26,816 nt of DNA from a virus (Duplodnaviria; Caudoviricetes): IMG/VR virus record IMGVR_UViG_3300044613_002866, positions 1 to 26,816 of that record, one strand, 5' to 3'. A program made the position numbers and the translations under genes. A model generated the notes under the pieces. It worked only from the letters and a program-made list of their open reading frames with translations. It ran no database searches and was not told where the DNA came from. Below, one piece after another: positions 23,569-26,816 of this stretch. The first letter of the stretch is position 1. Each line of letters begins with the position of its first letter.

Positions 23569-25964
23569 ATCTTGACCATGCCCCCGAAGACTTCGGCTTG
23601 GACCGCTGTCCAACCGCCGGAGAAGGATGCCACGGCTGGATGTATAAAGCCGCCCACCGGCTTGTCGCCGCCGGATTTGACGACAACGAGATCGAGGAAT
23701 GGATCGACGCTTGGCTCGGCCGACCCGCCCAACCCCGCGAGATCGCCAACACCCTTTCCAAGGTCCGCGCCGAAGTCGAAGGCAAGATCCCGCCGCGCAA
23801 GACAGTCGGAGCCAAACGCCCGAAGGACGAAGCCGCGATAGCCAAGCTGCTCGAGGCCGGTCCGACCTCGGTCGAGGAGTTCATGGCAACCAGTCCGGTT
23901 GATGTGAGTGAAGTGGGCGCCAGCACAGTCCTGCGCGCACTATTCGGATGCCCCGACAGCAGCAACCAAGCAAAGACCATCCTCTTCACCGACATGCTCT
24001 CCCAAGGGCAGCTCGTCTGGTCGCCCAAGACGGACGACGAGGATGTGGTGCGCCTAGGCCGCACGAATACCGAGGGCGCATGGTTTCTCCTCAACCCGGT
24101 GACCGGCGACTGGACTCCCCGCGACGAGGCCAAACCGACCCGCCGCTCGGAGTCGAGCCTCACCGCTTACCGACACGTCCTGATCGAAGCCGACAACATG
24201 CCACTGGAAGAGTGGCTTACTATCTTGCGTGGAGTAACATTACCGATCGTGTCTGTAACCCTGTCTGGAAATGCCTCGGCCCATGCCATTGTCAGGGTGG
24301 ACGCAGCCGATCGTGACGAATGGCTCGCCGCGGCCAAACAAATTGCCGACGTGGTCGTTCCGCTCGGAGCCGATCCGAACGCCATCACTGCCGTCCGGCT
24401 CACGCGCCTTCCAGGGGTGACGCGAAAAGACAACGGAAAAAGCCAATCGCTGATCTACTTCAATCCGAATGCCGAAAAATTGGCCGTTAATAGCCCAACC
24501 CCGTCGAAATCCACGGAATCGGAAGGAGGGGGTCAAATTGCCGCCCCCCTTGCCGAGGACAGCACAAACGATGCTTTAGCCGCCGGAAACGGGGATAGCG
24601 CCTCACCAGAGATGTCCAAACCGCCCACCAATGCGAATAAAGGCGGACGCTTTGAAGACATTTACTACGACGGTAAGGCGTTCTTCATGCGCTCGGCCGA
24701 GGGAATCTGGTGCTACGAAATGACCTCCGTGCTGACCAGCACGCTGAAGACCCGCGGATGCTCGGATCGCGTCCCGAAAGGCGGAACCTGCTCACAGCTC
24801 GACACCGCCAAAGAGGAACTGCGCCGCAAGCGAAGGGTTCACGGCGCCGGACCGAGGCTCTACAGCCAGAGCGAGGTCTGGTTTGAGGGCGGCAAGAAAT
24901 ACCTCAACACCGCCACAGTGAAGGTGACACCGGCCGCGCCGGAGGCCGGAGCCTGGGGCGAACACTTCCCGCGCTACGCCAGCGTCCTCGACAACGTCTT
25001 CACCCTGCCGGACTACAAGGACACCTTCCTTGCGTGGGCCAAACGATTCTACGAGTCGGCCGAGGCCGGTGATCTCAAGCTCGGCCAAGCACTCATCATG
25101 TGCGGCCCCGTGCACTGCTTCAAAACCTTCCTGATCGAGAAGCTCCTCGCTCCGGCGATGGGCGGCTATGCCGACCTCTCTTCGATCGTCTCGGGCGAGG
25201 GCAACGGGTTCAACTCGGAGCTGTTCCACTCTCCCCTCGCCGTGATCGACGACTCCAAAGCCGCCGAGAGCGAGGCCCAACTCAACCGCTACGCCAGCGC
25301 GGTCAAGAAGCTCGCCGCCCACGGACGCCACAAATACCACGAGAAGTTCGTCACGCCGATCCTCGTGGAATGGAAAGGCCGTGTGGTCATCGCCGCCAAC
25401 GACGACGTGGTCTCGATCAAAGCCGTCCCCACCCTGGACGTATCCAACGAGGACAAGCTCATCGTCTTGGCCATGCAGTCTTGGGAAGACCAGCCCGGCC
25501 CCGAGTATTTCGCCAACGTGGAAAAAGACGAGCTGCCGCACCTTCTGGCTTGGCTCAAGGCTTGGACGATCCCCTTCCGCCTCACCGACCCGACTAGCCG
25601 CTACGGCATCCGCAGCATCATCGCCACGGAGATCCGCGCCAAGATCGAAGCCTCTGGCGCCAAAGCCGAGCTGCGCGACACCCTGAACGCTTGGTGGCGG
25701 CGCAAGCCCGACGAGGAACGCAAGGTGGCGTGGGAAGGCACGACCGTCGATCTGCATCAATCGTTCCACACCATCTTCGACAACACGTCGCTGACCAACC
25801 AGTGGCCGGTGCGGATTCTAGGAAGGCGGCTTGGGGACTTGGCCACGACTCCCGACTCGGGCGTCTCGGTAGTCTCCAAACGCTACGGCAAGGATAAGGT
25901 GACTTTGTGGCGGATCGAACCGCCGGCAGTCGAGACACCGGACGAAGACCAAGATCCGTTCTGA
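23565..25964 (+). CDS. primase-helicase (AEP/RepB-like primase + SF3 helicase)
   Basis: HVLIEAD, SGNASAH, RLTRLPG primase motifs; GPVHCFKT, VIDD, IAAN SF3 motifs. Confidence 0.8.
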   Translation: MNLDHAPEDFGLDRCPTAGEGCHGWMYKAAHRLVAAGFDDNEIEEWIDAWLGRPAQPREIANTLSKVRAEVEGKIPPRKTVGAKRPKDEAAIAKLLEAGPTSVEEFMATSPVDVSEVGASTVLRALFGCPDSSNQAKTILFTDMLSQGQLVWSPKTDDEDVVRLGRTNTEGAWFLLNPVTGDWTPRDEAKPTRRSESSLTAYRHVLIEADNMPLEEWLTILRGVTLPIVSVTLSGNASAHAIVRVDAADRDEWLAAAKQIADVVVPLGADPNAITAVRLTRLPGVTRKDNGKSQSLIYFNPNAEKLAVNSPTPSKSTESEGGGQIAAPLAEDSTNDALAAGNGDSASPEMSKPPTNANKGGRFEDIYYDGKAFFMRSAEGIWCYEMTSVLTSTLKTRGCSDRVPKGGTCSQLDTAKEELRRKRRVHGAGPRLYSQSEVWFEGGKKYLNTATVKVTPAAPEAGAWGEHFPRYASVLDNVFTLPDYKDTFLAWAKRFYESAEAGDLKLGQALIMCGPVHCFKTFLIEKLLAPAMGGYADLSSIVSGEGNGFNSELFHSPLAVIDDSKAAESEAQLNRYASAVKKLAAHGRHKYHEKFVTPILVEWKGRVVIAANDDVVSIKAVPTLDVSNEDKLIVLAMQSWEDQPGPEYFANVEKDELPHLLAWLKAWTIPFRLTDPTSRYGIRSIIATEIRAKIEASGAKAELRDTLNAWWRRKPDEERKVAWEGTTVDLHQSFHTIFDNTSLTNQWPVRILGRRLGDLATTPDSGVSVVSKRYGKDKVTLWRIEPPAVETPDEDQDPF

Positions 25965-26132
25965 GCGCATAAATAGCGTAGAAATTACGCTGTAGGTGAA
26001 GTGTGGCTTGAACTATTGTGCGTTTTCTAGTCGCCCAGATCGAAGCTGTTGCCGTGAAACGGCTGCGCCGGGGCTCTGAAGCGTGAAGCATGAGGCGTGA
26101 TCCGCCCGCCTTTATCGAGAGTCGGGTATCTA

Positions 26133-26424
26133 TTACAGGGTTGACTTTCTGTTCCCCCAGCCTAAAAAGTCATGTTCCCCCATGTTAAGTCGTTGTCGTC
26201 GAGTGGTTTAAGCCCATCTGGGGGAAAAGGGGGGTTGGTTTGGGGGAGGCGCGTGGGAAAACGGGGTGCTGGCGACACCCCCTTATATAATATATTTTTG
26301 AAAGAGAAAAAGGGTAAGGGTGTTCCCCTTTCCCCCAGACAGGACTTAACTCGTTGATTTTCAGACACTAAAGGTCTGGGGGAAAACCAGGGGGAACACT
26401 GGGGGAACAAAGTCAACCCTGTAA
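26133..26424. repeat. putative replication origin: terminal inverted repeats, TTCCCC/GGGGAA iterons, AT-rich core
   Basis: TTACAGGGTTGACTTT(CT)GTTCCCCCAG at 26133-26160 is inverted at 26399-26424; about 8 iterons; TTATATAATATATTTTT core; just downstream of the primase. Confidence 0.65.
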
Positions 26425-26551
26425 CGCGATCTCAGATGTGGCTATTTTAGACCCTTTGTGACACTTCGCTCTCGGCTTCACTGGTTACGCAAACGTAACT
26501 GGCTTCCCGCGCCGGCCTCGCTTTAGTTAAAGCCGGAATGGAGGTGATCTT

Positions 26552-26689
26552 ATGTATCGAACAACCGAACTCGGTTTGGCCTACGGGCCTTATGGCGGCG
26601 TCGGCTACTTCGAGCGGCGTGAACGGAAGGCTGTCGTGACTGCTTTCCGCTGGCGTCGTTTGCTGAAGTATCTCGCTTCCCTACTGTAG
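26552..26689 (+). CDS. 45-aa peptide with perfect SD (not in ORF track)
   Basis: GGAGGTGATC at 26540-26549; MYRTTELGLAYGPYGGVGYFERRERKAVVTAFRWRRLLKYLASLL. Confidence 0.5.
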   Translation: MYRTTELGLAYGPYGGVGYFERRERKAVVTAFRWRRLLKYLASLL

Positions 26690-26815
26690 TCGCAGCTCGC
26701 GCTCGTCGAGAATCTCGGCTAGGCGGTCCCTGACCCGTTCAAAGGTCCGGTATTCCTCGGCCGAGTTGTCGGCGTGCTTGATCTGGTTCCGGAGGTAGTC
26801 GAAGAGATCGCTAAT
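26681..26815 (-). CDS. hypothetical phage protein, C-terminus only
   Basis: ISDLFDYLRNQIKHADNSAEEYRTFERVRDRLAEILDERELRLQ*; enters from the window edge. Confidence 0.6.
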   Translation of the reverse strand: MSDLFDYLRNQIKHADNSAEEYRTFERVRDRLAEILDERELRLQ

Positions 26816-26816
26816 C

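Noticed and set aside
24792-25769. Long antisense ORFs (also 2309-3076, 20604-21341, 23423-24163 and others)
   Set aside because: Shadows of GC-rich genes on the opposite strand, with no recognisable motifs
26133-26424. MITE/IS element
   Set aside because: No target-site duplication or transposase; internal iterons and position after the primase favour an origin
1-26816. Stop-codon reassignment
   Set aside because: Core genes are full length in the standard code, and TAA, TAG and TGA all terminate genes

Overview
A 26.8-kb piece of a temperate tailed-phage genome in its excised (attP) form. The host is probably Verrucomicrobiota-like, inferred from the integrase motif style and the SD-poor, A/C-rich leaders. 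The left arm (minus strand) carries the terminase large subunit, several small genes, a SAM methyltransferase, two glycosyltransferase-like genes, a PD-(D/E)XK nuclease, a portal, a Gly-zipper protein, an HNH nuclease and two paralogous mosaic tail fibres. A tRNA 3'-end fragment (attP core, 12125-12146) separates it from the plus-strand arm. That arm carries a tyrosine integrase, RHH/HTH regulators, a Holliday-junction resolvase, an SF2 helicase fused to a Cas4/DUF2800-like nuclease, an SSB-like protein, Nmad1, a family A DNA polymerase (Leu762), a C5 methyltransferase with an overlapping EcoHK31I-beta-like ORF, an AEP primase-SF3 helicase and an iteron/inverted-repeat origin. The most novel signal is a strand-specific motif, ATAACCnCACmACC, that recurs at gene starts and domain boundaries in both arms. 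A pseudoknotted intergenic RNA (18349-18447) carries its antisense, suggesting an undescribed RNA-guided regulon in a phage with no visible CI repressor.
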